Assembly (NCBI RefSeq): GCF_902652985.1 | Contig: NC_047015.1 | Coordinates: 44,392,001 to 44,456,000, forward strand | Length of the DNA stretch: 64,000 bases | Direction of reading: 5' to 3' | Source of the DNA: Pecten maximus | Taxonomy: Eukaryota | Part shown: positions 50,283 to 63,562 of the stretch, in pieces | Layout: each line of letters starts with the position of its first letter | Numbering within the stretch: the stretch's first letter is position 1 | Made by a program: the position numbers and the translations under genes | The notes under the pieces: generated by a model | What the model was told of the DNA's origin: nothing | The model's database searches: none | Seen by the model: the letters and a program-made list of their open reading frames with translations, nothing else

Positions 50283-52989
50283 TATGTTGAATAGGACCAC
50301 ACACATATTAATATCAAAACTAGCCTAGAATATTTTTTTGAAATATGCCATATGCATTTTATGGGCTTTTTTATTATATGCTTATTGGCACATTTTCATT
50401 GTTGCATTAATTATTTCCATATTCTGCAAAATGTTAAAATTACACAGAGAAAAACAGTCGTGTCTGGTCAATGAACGCCGTCAGAACTGTTCAAAGCGAT
50501 ATTGCAATCCTTGTAATATCGTGTAACCGCCACAGTCGTCTCAATTACTGCGTCGGAATACCTTAATTAACACTGTAGAATAAACTAAACGTGGCTAAGA
50601 TTGTTGATTGGTTTGATGTTAGTGGTAGCTATGTCATCGCATTAACATGCATACTAAACAGTTTTCAAATCAAAGGTCAAACTTCAGGCAATAAATCTCA
50701 ATTCAACGCGCATTTGAAAGCATGCAGGCTTCATAACAGGCGTTGGAGCTGTAGTTACACCAGTATGTTTATGTGCACCGGGAACGTTATTTAATAACGG
50801 GGCGTCATGTACAGCAATTAGGCAGTTCTTTAATTAGTATTGATTTCGGGTCTCCATATTAGGTTATCCCCAGAGGGAGAATTTACTTCAACATACGTAA
50901 TATTTTCTTCCTAACAATTTTAAACACTGAGGATTCGTTTAAATTCCCCTATTCCCAATCATATACTCGAATGTGAAATTTTCACGTTATTTGGACATGA
51001 CGCGTTATTAGTTGACGGTCATTGGCCGAAATAAACCGAGTAAGTAAAACATAGACATTTTAGTGCCGGATATCATAAGGTAATGCATGGTAAGCCTGCT
51101 ATATGTTACTTGTATGGGAGAAGAGCTGTCTGGCACTACATCACCATCACGTGGTTGTATTTGTTTGACACATGGCTCATCACCGAGTGGTTCCACCCCC
51201 TATGTTAAGGGTCAAGTCAGTGTCTTGAACTTCACTCACTGCCAACAAAGCCTTGTAAGGATTCTTCACGGACTTAACGACAATTTCCATCAGGATATTG
51301 TCATTTTGTGCCATAAATATTCAGTCCGACATTGAACTCGGTGGAGCAATTCATGACAAACAAGATATGTGAATTGCACTGTATATCGGCCCTGAACGTA
51401 CCGCTAGGTTTCGGGTTGATAGTTTCACTCATCTACATGGAAGTTGCCAGCTCTGTTTTAGAAGCAAGCCCCTCTATCGATCGAGATCAGTAAATCTAAT
51501 GGACTTTGTTTCTGCTGTGATTTCCCTATCCCGTCTACAGTTTATAGAAACAAGACGTTCTAATGGGAAAATGTCCCAATATATACACTGGCTTAAGCCA
51601 ATTTAAATAGAATATGTAGTAGAGGAAGAAACCCAACCTATCCCAATTGGTCAGTGCAAGACGATTCAATATTCATTGACAAGTTAACACTTTTTTTTCT
51701 TGAAATGGTATACGATATGACACAGGTTTTTGATACATTACAATATCAATATCTACTAATTAACATACGTTGACCACATCAGATATGATATAAACATAGA
51801 TAAGGTCTGGTTCTGGTGTATTGATATGGACGGAGGTTAGTAGTATACATTGTCTTGATCAGGCAAAATTTATATAGATAGTGGTTTAAACATTAAATGG
51901 GGGTCTATGTGTCCTACTGAGGCACACGGTGCTGAAACAAAGTGGTGGTATTACAGTGTTATAACGACTCTCATTTTAACCATACATTCTGAAATTTAGG
52001 TAGCAAGAACGCTTGCTTGTGTATTCTTGTTTCATATATCAAAATTGTAACTGTATTTGTTTTATCTATGAAGCCTTTGCCATCATACGATATCAGCAAT
52101 TGTTGATTTCACTCCAAAATACGTACACTGAAATCGTGATATTGGGAACAAGCCTTTTGTTACCGAAGAGTTGGGAAGCAGGTATGTCACTATCAAGAAA
52201 AGGAACATTCACAATAAAAGTGATAATTATACACTTATCATGCTACTATGTGGTAATATGTTTCTATTTTTTATACTATAGACTCCTGATTTAGAATAAC
52301 CTAACAGAACATATTGGCATCCCCTTGGTCCTTTCTACTGAAATGGAAAACACACAAAATACAATAGACTGTGACTAGGGCGGAAGTAGGGCTAAACCAA
52401 TCAATATATATCACGGAACGGTTGATACTATAGCAACGATGAAAACAAAACATTTTCATTTTCAATGGTGTTGTCACTTGAAATATGCCTCATTGTCATA
52501 TAACCAAATACAGCATGATGCAACAGTGAAACGCTAGAGGAACAATGGTCCGGTAAAAGAGTTATTGATTACAAGTTCAAATCTTTGCTACGTCGCTTCT
52601 GTAGATAAAAGTCAATATACATGACATGAAGAGCCGGAAGCCCAGGGATGTCGAGCATGACTTTCTCTGTAGCAAATACATCACTAGATGGAAACTGTCG
52701 AAGTTTGTATGGGCCACGTTTGGAATCTTACGTAATGTTCGGTCTGAGAGATCACAGACATGTACTTTTTACTACTGACATGAGGATTAGCAGACAGTCA
52801 TTCACATTCGATATAGTTCTTTATGTAATAAATATGATGTCATAAAACCAAGTCTCTTGAAGACCCAGAAGGCATTTTAAAACGTGTTGTGTTTCATCCA
52901 CATTTATAAGCGTGTAAATATCGCAAATATGTAAACACTGATACACACTGCAGCTGTAACATCTGATAAATCCGTGTCTCAGAGAGTAT

Positions 52990-53262
52990 ATAAAAGGCTT
53001 TAAAACCTTCTCATATGGCCAATTATATATATACCTTGGCTTTGCTCGATCTCAAATTTTATAAAAGGCTTTGAAACATTCTCATATGGCCGATGATATA
53101 AACCTTAGTTTGGCTCCATCTTAAATTTTATAAAAGGCTTTGAAACATTCTCATTTGGCCGATGATATAAACCTTAGCTTGGCTCCATCTTAAATTTTAT
53201 AAAAGGCTTTGAAACATTCTCATATGGCCGATAATATGTACAGTACCATGGTTTAGCTCGAT
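52990..53262. repeat. 69-bp tandem repeat, 4 copies
   Basis: ATAAAAGGCTTTGAAACATTCTCAT at 52990, 53061, 53130 and 53199. Confidence 0.9.
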
Positions 53263-54634
53263 CTGTTAATCTCAGGTAAAATGCCTCAAAACATAACAAT
53301 AAATAAAGTATTTTATCCTATTGTCTCAGGCAGAACAATGGACCGTTCAGGAAACTTGATACAAATTTTAAAAAATGTACAGTTGATAAAATTATAAACT
53401 TTGGGGCCATTAACCTGTGTCATATGAGATGTAAAACTTAACGTTGGTCACATGACCATAAACTGAGACAAAACAATTAGACTTAATGAATAAATATAAT
53501 TCAATGATTCTACTGTATGATATATAATTACGTGTATTATATCTTAATCCAATAATCAAACATTCTACATCCATAAACCATTCGCCATATGGGGTGTCGG
53601 AAATGTGATTACTGCTACAGAAAATAACTTTGATATGATATAAATATTAATGCTCATTGAAAGTAATTAGTTACAATTCTGAATAAATGGTAAAAGAGGT
53701 TGAATGAAATTTTGATTGGTGCACAAGCACACCAATGAAGTGCCGCCATTCTGCTGACGTCATTACCATGTGGCACCACGTGAACCGTAAGGAACGACGA
53801 CTGTGGGTAGAGATTGCAGTGTGAACATTGGATAAGCTAGAGAATCCCTTTGTTGTGGTCACGTCCGTCACCGACCGATAGACCTCATCAATGTTCTGTT
53901 GTCATTTCCATATAAATACAAGGGGATATTTGCTCTCAGGACCAATTTCTTTTCTGTGACGAAATCAGATTATGGATAATGGAATATCAGCTACCAGTAA
54001 TTGGCTGAACTATTTTAAGGCTCCGTGTCCAATAGATCCGAACACAACACAAGACAAGGAAAATATCGTGTCGGAATCCGGTCTGACACGACTACTTATA
54101 GTGTTTCATACAGATCACTGAGGCATTTGCATGTAGTTGTCGGGGTTTTTTTTTGGTTTTTTGTTTTTTGTTTTTTTCCAAGTCCACCAGTATTTCTGGA
54201 CTTGAAACTGAATCATTATCCAACGAAAGGTTCTAAGTTTCTCAACTGATAGCTGTTGGCCATTGCCCCACTTTCTATCTGTGTGAATAATAGCTATCTA
54301 CGGAGGCATGTATGGAATTACTCATCGCTGGGCGTTATTCCCCGCTGTCAATCAGCGACATTTTACATACAATAGATCACTCATTCGAATAAAGACATAC
54401 AAATGAACATGTAGAGTTTTAATATAGAAATTGGTTGGCTAAGTTCGATGTCCGTCCGCTTTCGTTGCATAACGTACAGTGCATATATGATAACACTACC
54501 ACAGTTAGTCCTGATAGTATGCCCTGTCGTCCATCAACATTTTTATTGATTGAATGCGATATTAATCATCGTGAACCCATGTACACGTCTTCAAAGTCGA
54601 AAGAGAACAATCATTAAATCTGTTATCTATGCCC

Positions 54635-54705
54635 GCAATATCTCGGCAGATTCCGTGATGGGTCGGATTCAATCCGAGACTTGACGGAATTAGCCGAGAT
54701 GTTGT
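54635..54705. other. 71-nt ungapped imperfect palindrome
   Basis: 35-nt arms around C54670: 27 Watson-Crick pairs, 3 G-T pairs and 5 mismatches. Confidence 0.85.
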
Positions 54706-55721
54706 AATTGATCTTTGCACTTTCCTCTGTGCCCATGTTACCGATCTTATTGGGACATACATTAAACTTTCATTAATGTGATGGACACTTACAAGTCTTT
54801 GTAATGGACCCCTGGATACATAGTTTGATAGGTGACGTCTCTACCAGCACGCGCGGCGACAGATCGACTTAACACATGTAATTACTGTACACCAATGAGG
54901 TTCCGAAGGAGCTTCTCGGCCCGAGTTAGCTATAGTCGATTGCACTACCTTCTCCTCATAACAGCGTCTGGTTTTAATGTACAATAATGTGTAATTGTTG
55001 TGCTCAAGGTCATGATTTTTTCTCGTTGTCATGCCATGCCTTTGTGCTGGTGCCGTATCTCAGCGGTGTTTGTCGTGTGTCTTCCTGTGCCGTTGTAATC
55101 AAGCGCCTACATGACCTACAGCTTGGCCTTCTGGGAAATACGTATCGATACACAATGAAAGTGGTTTGAAACTTTTATTTGACAAGCTATTTATTAATTT
55201 ATCGAGAGCTTTATTTCTGGAAGAGATATTTAAACAATTGTAGAAGCTATTTACCAGGACTGTGTCATTATCATCGCTGATGGATAAACCAATACCAACA
55301 CGGTATTAACAGCAAAGGTACCACGCCTCCGGTATCCTGTATGATCGTCCACTGTGATTAATTATTGTATCATAGATGATAATATCAATATACATTGTTG
55401 TAGCTTGATATCATCTTATTGCGAGAAAAAAATCCAACAGAGCTAAAATAACCGGCCAGAATATAAAAAAAGCAGAACTCCATAATCCTTGATAGTGGTT
55501 GTAGAAAAATGTAGCCTAACAAACCATGTTGTCGACAGTTTGACTTCATATAAATCCTTATATAAGACAAAGTGGAAATGCTATCAGTAATAACACTTCT
55601 GATAAAGCGTCGATGATTAGAAGGCGTCGAAATGCGGACACTGATAATGGAAATAGTTAGAACACATTCTTAGCTAATATAAGCGGATGCTTATTAATCG
55701 AATATATTTATAGAAAAAAAA

Positions 55722-55970
55722 CTGCTTTTCCTGAAACATCGGTAAAACAGATGCCGATAATCGAATATCCGAAAACATTGACAGAACGAAACCTGTTTTT
55801 CCTAACACATCGGTAAAAAAGATGCCGATAATCTGAACACATTGATAGAATGAATCCTGTTTTCCTAACACGTCGGTAAAACAGATGCCGATAGTCCGAC
55901 CACATTGATTGAACGAAACCTGCTTTTCCAACCCACCGGTAAAATAGATGTCGATAATCCGAACACATCA
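55722..55970. repeat. Degenerate 63-71 bp tandem repeat, 4 copies
   Basis: CATCGGTAAAACAGATGCCGATA motif at ~55737, 55808, 55871 and 55934. Confidence 0.8.
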
Positions 55971-57062
55971 ACAGTTTTTTTTAAGTTATCCGGTTATAAG
56001 GTTTCAATGAAATGTATTCGGTCATGATAGTACACGAAGGATGAATCATTACCTTTCGAAGGGTTAAAAGCCGTAATGATATATCTTTATAAGGCGGAAG
56101 TTATTCCATGTCGACCTGCTTTTAACTTTTATGCAACGGAAGACCGTGCATAATATACAGTATACGTTTGCATGTAAAAGGCATGGCGCCTTCATTCCTT
56201 CACAATTTTATATACATGCAGTAATAGACATGTACATGGCCCACACGTTTGGTCTACTAGCAGGCCTTGGCAATACCCGTTAGTTCATATCACATCACTT
56301 TAATTTGATCAATTTAAAACGAAAATTCCTTTTAAGATGTAGGCACTCAAGAGAAGTAGAAAGTCAAATGAGACTGTGTGTGTTTGTTTCTCATCATGGA
56401 CCAATATTCAATTACACTGTCTTGTGTTATTACGCCTGTGAAATGAAATAGCACTTCTAAAAGCATTCCTCCTCGAAGGTTGACAAATGTATTACATCTA
56501 TGGAACTATTGGCTGGTTACGTGTGCATCATCAATCCACCAATCAAAGATGGAGCCGGGTTGTAAATTACACAACGCTTTCGGAGTTCTCCATATCTGCC
56601 GGAAGTTCTTTTCGTATGCATCATTGCATGCTTATTTATGGCGAAATTTTAAATCATAAACTCATTCGAAGCATTGCAAACAGATGTATCTTTTAGCGGA
56701 ACGTTCACGTTGACTCGAAAACAAGAATAAAACCGCGTTCCCGTAAATTTTCGCCTGCCATCACAAACATGCATGACAGGGAAATAGACATAGCGTACGG
56801 AAACATAATTTGACAGCGAAAAATCGCGTACACTCATTTCATATTTATTTAGATATATACATTCTAACTTTTAAATGACTAGGTAATAATTCACAATACA
56901 TCAAATAACATCCGTAAACATTATGCGAAACATTTTGTTCCTAAACAGAAATTGCGAACAGTGACTTAATGATGTAAATAAAAAGTGATTAGCTCATTGT
57001 AAATACATACAAAATGTATATAACTGTGAAGAGATGCTGGTTGCCATTGCTATTTAGATCTA

Positions 57063-57140
57063 CAGTAAAACTCGGATAAATCGAAGTCGACAGGACTAAG
57101 TAGAATATTCGACTTATCCAGTGTTCGACTTAACCGTGTT
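57063..57140 (+). mobile_element. Solo left end of a Tc1/mariner (pogo-like) MITE
   Basis: TA|CAGTAAAACTCGGATAAATCGAAGTCG, followed by internal TTCGACTTA repeats. No matching right TIR seen. Confidence 0.5.
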
Positions 57141-59044
57141 TCTATGTGCGGATATCGGCAATGACATGACTGACCTCGGAATGTATCAACTGTCTACCGT
57201 ATATGTATTTACGAATGAATACAAATGTTTTACATTTTATACCATAATTACTTTTTAATGAAATTAAGATAGATGCAGAAAATACAATGAAAAATACGTC
57301 GTGTTATAAACACAAATCATGTAGCACACGTGAATAGGCATGCGCACTCACACACATACAATACATGTTCTGAATTCGATTGATACAAAACTGACCGACA
57401 TTGTACTCACAGTTATACACCAAGGATTTTAAGGACCTGTTGAGTCTACTATAAAAACTACGACTTAGAAACATGCAGGATATTTCATCAATAGATGGGG
57501 ATACGAAAGGTGAAGGCCGCAGCAAATTCACTCAAACATAACTGGTCACGAGGTTTTGCAAGGAATAGACTAATTTTAAGATCGGTATTCTTGGTCTTAA
57601 AATTAAAAAAAAAAATTATGAAGTAGGCCTTACTCATGACTGGAAATTACATGTCACGTACGTGATACACAGTTTTTTTATCTGTTTGTATCAGCGCAGT
57701 GTTTATCGCTTACTTTTTTCTGGTGATATGTCGATGTCATGTGACTAAAAAGAGTAAACAAAACACTACAGATTTACGGTTAGAAAAATATTTTGATAAT
57801 TAATGATTTAGAGATTAAACCTTCCCCTATGCTCCCTGACCCCTTCCCGCCTCGACCCCTCCTCCACCACTCTGTGACCCCCAATTCGGCCCCTAATCCG
57901 CCCTTGCGTTTCCCTTTCCCTATCATTCCTTGCCTATGCTACCTACATGTTGTTTTTTTTATAAATGTCTCCATATGCATCAGTTTTCTTAGCTAATGAA
58001 CTAATTAAATATCGCGACGTCACAGTCAAACGTTTTACAGATCAGCTGATCTGCCTCCCACAAATATTATCCAAACATGTCTTGCGAGACTCGTAGTCGA
58101 TGAGTAGCTGAAGTAATGATCACTGGAACTCGAATAATATTTACAGTCTGTGAAAGCTTTTAAATAAGTTCACCTCACCATTCCCTGAAGTAATGGACGA
58201 CTTTGCCAGAGACGAGCATGCGCTAATTACCCTGGGGCACGAGACAACCGCGTAATCGTCTCATCCTCCGTATAACTTCCGGAATCTCAAATGTCTTCTG
58301 TCATTTAAAATTACGACCCGTGCATATGACGAGCGATCGTGGGTTTTAATGTTCACGCTGCACCACACGCACTTTTTTTTATGGGAAACAGAATATATAT
58401 AACTTGGCTGCATTCGATATGACGTAATGATGTCTTATAGCTTTTCTAGTGACGTAATACATGTTACGGCTCAGTTGACATGGATAATCAATATTGAGTT
58501 TAACTCGGATGAAAAGTGTTCCCATTCGATCGATAGAGATGGCCGTTTGAGTCAGGCGATCGAATGGGGCTTGGAGGAGAGTAAATCTGTGAGCATGCGA
58601 CAGTGTATCCCTCTACCGATTAATTTAGAATGCAAACTATTGAGTTTAACTATAAAAAGTGATTAGTCATCTTCGCCAGCCAGGATACTGTTAATATCGT
58701 ATGCTTTCTGTGGGTTTTACGACAAGATTAGTGACTTTTGTCTTTCCTTTTTATTGAATGTTTGTGTTTTTACCATCTGGTCCATACCTTACATTGTAAA
58801 TACGGTTGATGACGGTGTCAAAAGTTCACGACATGCGGTCAACCTGCAATGTGTTGCCAGTATGCTCAAACACTATAGCAACATAGCCTTTAAGCAGAGG
58901 CTTAAGCTTTCGAGTTTTATAAGGGACAGCTACTGAGATGGCAGAACATATATAAGGTGTAGAATATATGGCTTATAAATAAACATTGTGGTGTCCATGT
59001 TTTCGGGTATTTTTATCCAAAACTGTAAATTAACAAGCTTGCAA

Positions 59045-59260
59045 GCGTAGGGTATCGCTTTCACCCAGGCAACCAGAGTCTGATGCCGTGATCGAACGTG
59101 AAGAGATCTGGGGTCACCTGTGCGACCCTGTGTTTTTTTCTTGTGTATTCCGGTTTCTTCACACAATACGACCCGGGCCCGCACGTCCTTCCATCCGGAC
59201 CTACAAGAGTAATTAATATAAGTTTATAGCTTTTCATAAATGTTGTGAAATAATCAAAGT
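59045..59260 (+). mobile_element. Degraded V-SINE, same family as 30670
   Basis: CTTTCACCCAGGC..GATCGAACGTGAAGAG..GGGGTCAC..CGACC..GTATTCCGGTTTCTTC, with an AT-rich tail. Confidence 0.65.
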
Positions 59261-59921
59261 TTTAATTGAAGTTGACCTATAACGCATTGACTTTCCATTT
59301 CGTCACATCAATGAAACAAAATTATCCGGTTTGTCATGAGTTACCAAATGTTTTCTATTGTGCACTTTCTGTAACATTCATGTACGCATGTGCAAATGTG
59401 CATTGAATTAAAGTTAAATTGACACAAAGACTTATAGAGAGAGAATTTTTCTTCAACAACACAATAAAAACATAATTGCACTTAACAATGATATAAACAT
59501 TTTTCGTAGTCTTAAGCTTGAAATTGTTCGTACAGAAACTTCAATTAAAAACTTGTATAAGCATGATTACATATCACATTTTTTAATCAAACCTAACGCG
59601 ACTTAGGATTTTGTCAGTTTACCGATAAAAAGGAATACGAATCCCGGCTTGCTTTATTTTGATGAGAAAATCACGGATAAGCTGTTGTAAGATAAATAGA
59701 AAACATGGCCAGTGTCGTAAATACAAGGCTTATTTTGTAGTACAGGAATTGTCTTTTGCAATTCACAGGAAAATTGTCGATGGTGAGTTATCTTCGTCTT
59801 TCCGTCCCGAGACAAAAATAAACATTTGCATTGTACGATACTAATGATATACTCTCTATCTAGACTGTGAATTCAGTCACGTGACTTATCTAGGCCTAAA
59901 TTTAAACTTGTCCATGTTTTT

Positions 59922-59923
<2 letters not shown>

Positions 59924-59952
<29 letters not shown>
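59924..59952 (+). repeat. G29 homopolymer
   Basis: Pure G run preceded by T7. Confidence 0.9.
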
Positions 59953-60493
59953 ATCGAATCGTATATAAAGGTTTTAGTAGTTCGCTATTGTTGTGGTAAC
60001 TTGTCACTGAATGGCAGCAGATGTTTCCTAGAAGTTCGCTATCGAAGACGCATTTAGTTCGCTTTAATAAATTTCCGTAAACAGTTTTCTATTTCTCGTC
60101 ATGCGAAAGGTCAATGGATCCTGCGGTTCTTATTTTGAGGGACCACTGCCTATTGTGCAGTTTACTATGAGTGGTAAATTAGGGCGGTTTCGAACCTTTG
60201 ACCTTGAATGGTTTTACGTCATTAGACTAAGCACTGCCACTACCAAACTTCGCTTTATGTTTAACCCGGCCATACAGTCGCCATCAAATCTCAACTAGGG
60301 ACGACTGTTGACAAACACGAAGACATATCGCATATGGTCATCATCAAAATGTCTGTCGCACAGTATTGTCTAGGCATTAGTGATCTACAACCTGTATAGA
60401 TTACAAAGTAAATACATCGTCTGTGTCTTTTATACGCTATCATCAGAACGTTTCTATGGTGGCCGTTCAGCAAACCTCGCAATCTCGCACAAA

Positions 60494-60665
60494 GCGAGGT
60501 AGCGAGAACACGATGCGAAGGAGCGAGATTAGCTTTCTTTCCTCCTTGATAGGTAGTTCTTTCTACTCTCCGCTAGATGTCGATTCGAAAACTAGCGGAG
60601 AGAAATGGTACTAGGGCAGATCATCCAGTCTATGTTTCCTCGCCGTCGCGTTCTCGTTTCCTCAC
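60494..60665. mobile_element. Palindromic MITE-like element
   Basis: Outer imperfect arms GCGAGGTAGCGAGAACACGATG / CGTCGCGTTCTCGTTTCCTCAC enclose a perfect 11-bp stem CTCTCCGCTAG (60566-76) / CTAGCGGAGAG (60592-602). Confidence 0.55.
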
Positions 60666-61599
60666 GGTCGTAGCCTCACTAACTCCCTCTCATAAGGTCG
60701 GGAAGTGTTATTACAGGATGGCCCTAACCGGCTACCATGTGTTCTACGCTCTGTTAGATCTGGGTATGAGGTCAGTGTGTAAATTAGTTACGATATTACC
60801 AAATTATTATCAAACTCACGGCTCTGATTTATGAAGAATAATAAGATGATGTGAGCGCGTGGAATGCTCTTTTCACAGATAAGCAATTACCGAAACATTA
60901 ATTATTTTATTGGTTTCGTTAATAAGTCACTTTGTAATTTAAAGTTTCCGCGTACAACCTCCTCTTTTGCTAGCACATATTATCAGGTCACTTAAAAAGA
61001 GAAAATAAAGTTTTAATGTATGTAATATAAAATAAACAAGCATTACGCTGAAGTATCGATGAAAGCAATACTGAGAGACAGAAAAATGCTTTCATGTTGA
61101 TTTCACAATCAATTAATTATATTACATGATATGAGTTCCATTTTATTCGTGTATTCTGAAAGCAGAGGAAACAGATTCCCTTAAACACAGTGTTTACATG
61201 GGAGACGATTTTTCAACTGAAAACAGAATGAAAAAAATCGTAGAGAAAAGTAATGTAGAGCAGACTTCTTAAACATTAAACAAGTTTACTGAAGGCAAAA
61301 TAGATGTAAGCCTGTCGACTGCCCGCAGAGATTTCAAGCCAGGGACCATGTGTCACACGGCTAATGGGTGACGGTAGACAGATTCACCACCGGAACTCTG
61401 GTGTTTAAATGTCAAAGAGCATAATAAAAATACAAATTACATTTCTCAGCAAAGAAATAAATTGTTTAAGTCGAAATATCATGTCGAAACACATTCCCCC
61501 TTTCCAGCAAACAAAGGCAGTTATGTCATTTACAAGAAGGAAGCATGGACAAAATCTTCTAGATTAGATGATTATATAGAAAATATCTGATAGTGTGTT

Positions 61600-62010
61600 T
61601 ATAAAGCGGATCAAAATACCAATGATACAACAAACGTGTGGCTGATAGATGCTTCATGTTATATTAAGTAAAGTGAAATCCTGTTATACAACAAAAACGT
61701 AGCTGTCGTGGTGTATAATATTAAGCGGAGTAAAATCACGTTATACAACAAATGCGTACTGTGGGTGTGTCGTGTTATATTAAGCGGAATGAAATTACAT
61801 CTACTATCGGTGTGTCATGTTATATTAAGCGGAGTGAAATTACGTCATACAACAAATGCGTACTGCTACAGTGTCGTATTGTAAGAACAGATTAAGCGGA
61901 GTTACTATCTGTTAAACAACAAATGTGAAGTTGTTGCGGTGTCATGTTATATTAAGCGGAGTGAAAGTCTCTTATACCACAAATGTGAACCTGTCGCGGT
62001 GTCATATTTA
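61600..62010. repeat. Degenerate ~50-70 bp tandem repeat, ~6 copies
   Basis: Recurrent GTGTCATGTTATATTAAGCGGAGTGAAA and ATACAACAAATG. Confidence 0.75.
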
Positions 62011-63089
62011 GTGTGGTGAAAAGGATTGCTGGGTTGTGTTGTATAACGCAGATAGGAATTCATGTCGAATGTTATAATAATTTGAGACGGATTGCTTCAC
62101 TGACCATTCACTGAATGATTAAAATCCATATTCTATACCACGCTGTGGTACCATTGCCTTATTTTATTTTGGTTCCAAGTTGTATTCCCTCCTCCCCCTT
62201 GCAATTATATCAGCATTGTAATAGAATGATGAATACCAAATTTAGACTTAATACATCTTTTTACACAGTACACTCCCCTAAAAAAAGACAAAAACAAAAC
62301 AAAATCCATACTCCAAATAAATCGGACTTATTTGGATTTCGGTTCGTACCTGTATATGATAAGCATAATTTGTATGTACCTCGTTTGGATGACTAAAAAG
62401 TCACAGAGCACTAACAACTCATACAGAAAGGTGTGAGTGACTAAATCGGATTCTCGCATGTCTCCAGTTCCCAGATATGACAGTCACGCTAGTGAAAGGT
62501 CATCGTCTCGCACTTTGCAGGTAAAACTGGAAGGACAACAGCCAATCAAACATAATGATCTGTTAAACGTGTAGCATCTCTGATAACGATTCCTCGAGGA
62601 TCTTTGAAATCCAATTTGTAAGTAATTAGTCGTGTCCAAATAATATTATGATCGAGGAATCGTCGTCACGTGACTTTATAATCATTTTATCCATGCGGAA
62701 TCCGATACAAAAAACATTTCATCATTTACAACGTCCACAGCCTCTAAAATCGTGTTCAAATAATGTCGTTTTACGCAGCAGTTATTTGGCTTTCCCACCT
62801 GATAATCTGGTGGTGATAATGGCGGTCATGTTTAGTTGACAATACATGTTGTGTACGTCTTTTTATTTCACGTTAGTTTTAGTTTTACATGTTAGTTATT
62901 CAAATTAATTAATAACCAATGAAATATGACCCAGACCAAAGTATTCTGTTTCCATTGCAGAAATCACAATGGACAACAGGCTAAATTAATCCAATGTGAT
63001 GAGACCTCAAGCTAACACCATAATTTCAGTACATGTATTTAGTATAAAGATATAGACATAGAAACAATGAATAGTACCTGTTTTGATAT

Positions 63090-63235
63090 TGTTTTTACGT
63101 CACATTAACAAAACAATTAAGGCCAAATAGCTCGGACGCTTTTACATTATAGTGCCATCACACTGAAATGTCACACCTGGAAACAAAGTGACATCTGACC
63201 CGGTCATATTATACTGACAAAGGCAAACCCGTCGG
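63090..63235 (-). mobile_element. Meta-type SINE fragment
   Basis: ATAGTGCCATCACACTGAAA..ACCCGGTCATATTATACTGACAAAGGCAAACC aligns to 46801-46885. Confidence 0.6.
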
Positions 63236-63337
63236 AGATCAATATCAAGGATAATCGGAAACCCGCGAGACTCTTCTCTGTCGGTTTAGCATTGTCGGAA
63301 ACCATGCAGCAAGGCTCTGCTCTTTCGTTTGACACAA

Positions 63338-63562
63338 ACAACAGAACAGTGTCTCTTGGGTTTAAACGACAGAATAGAGTCTGGTGAGTTTAAACAACAG
63401 AACAGAGTCTCGTGAGTTTAAACAACAGAACAGAGCCTCGTGGGTTTACACGACAGAACAGAGTCTCGTGGGTTAAAACAACAGAACAGAGTCTCGTAGG
63501 TTTAAACAACAGAACAGAATCTCGTGGGTTTACACGACAGAAGTGAGTCTCGTGGGTTTAAA
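63338..63562. repeat. 28-bp minisatellite, 8 copies
   Basis: Unit ACAACAGAACAGAGTCTCGTGGGTTTAA. Confidence 0.9.
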
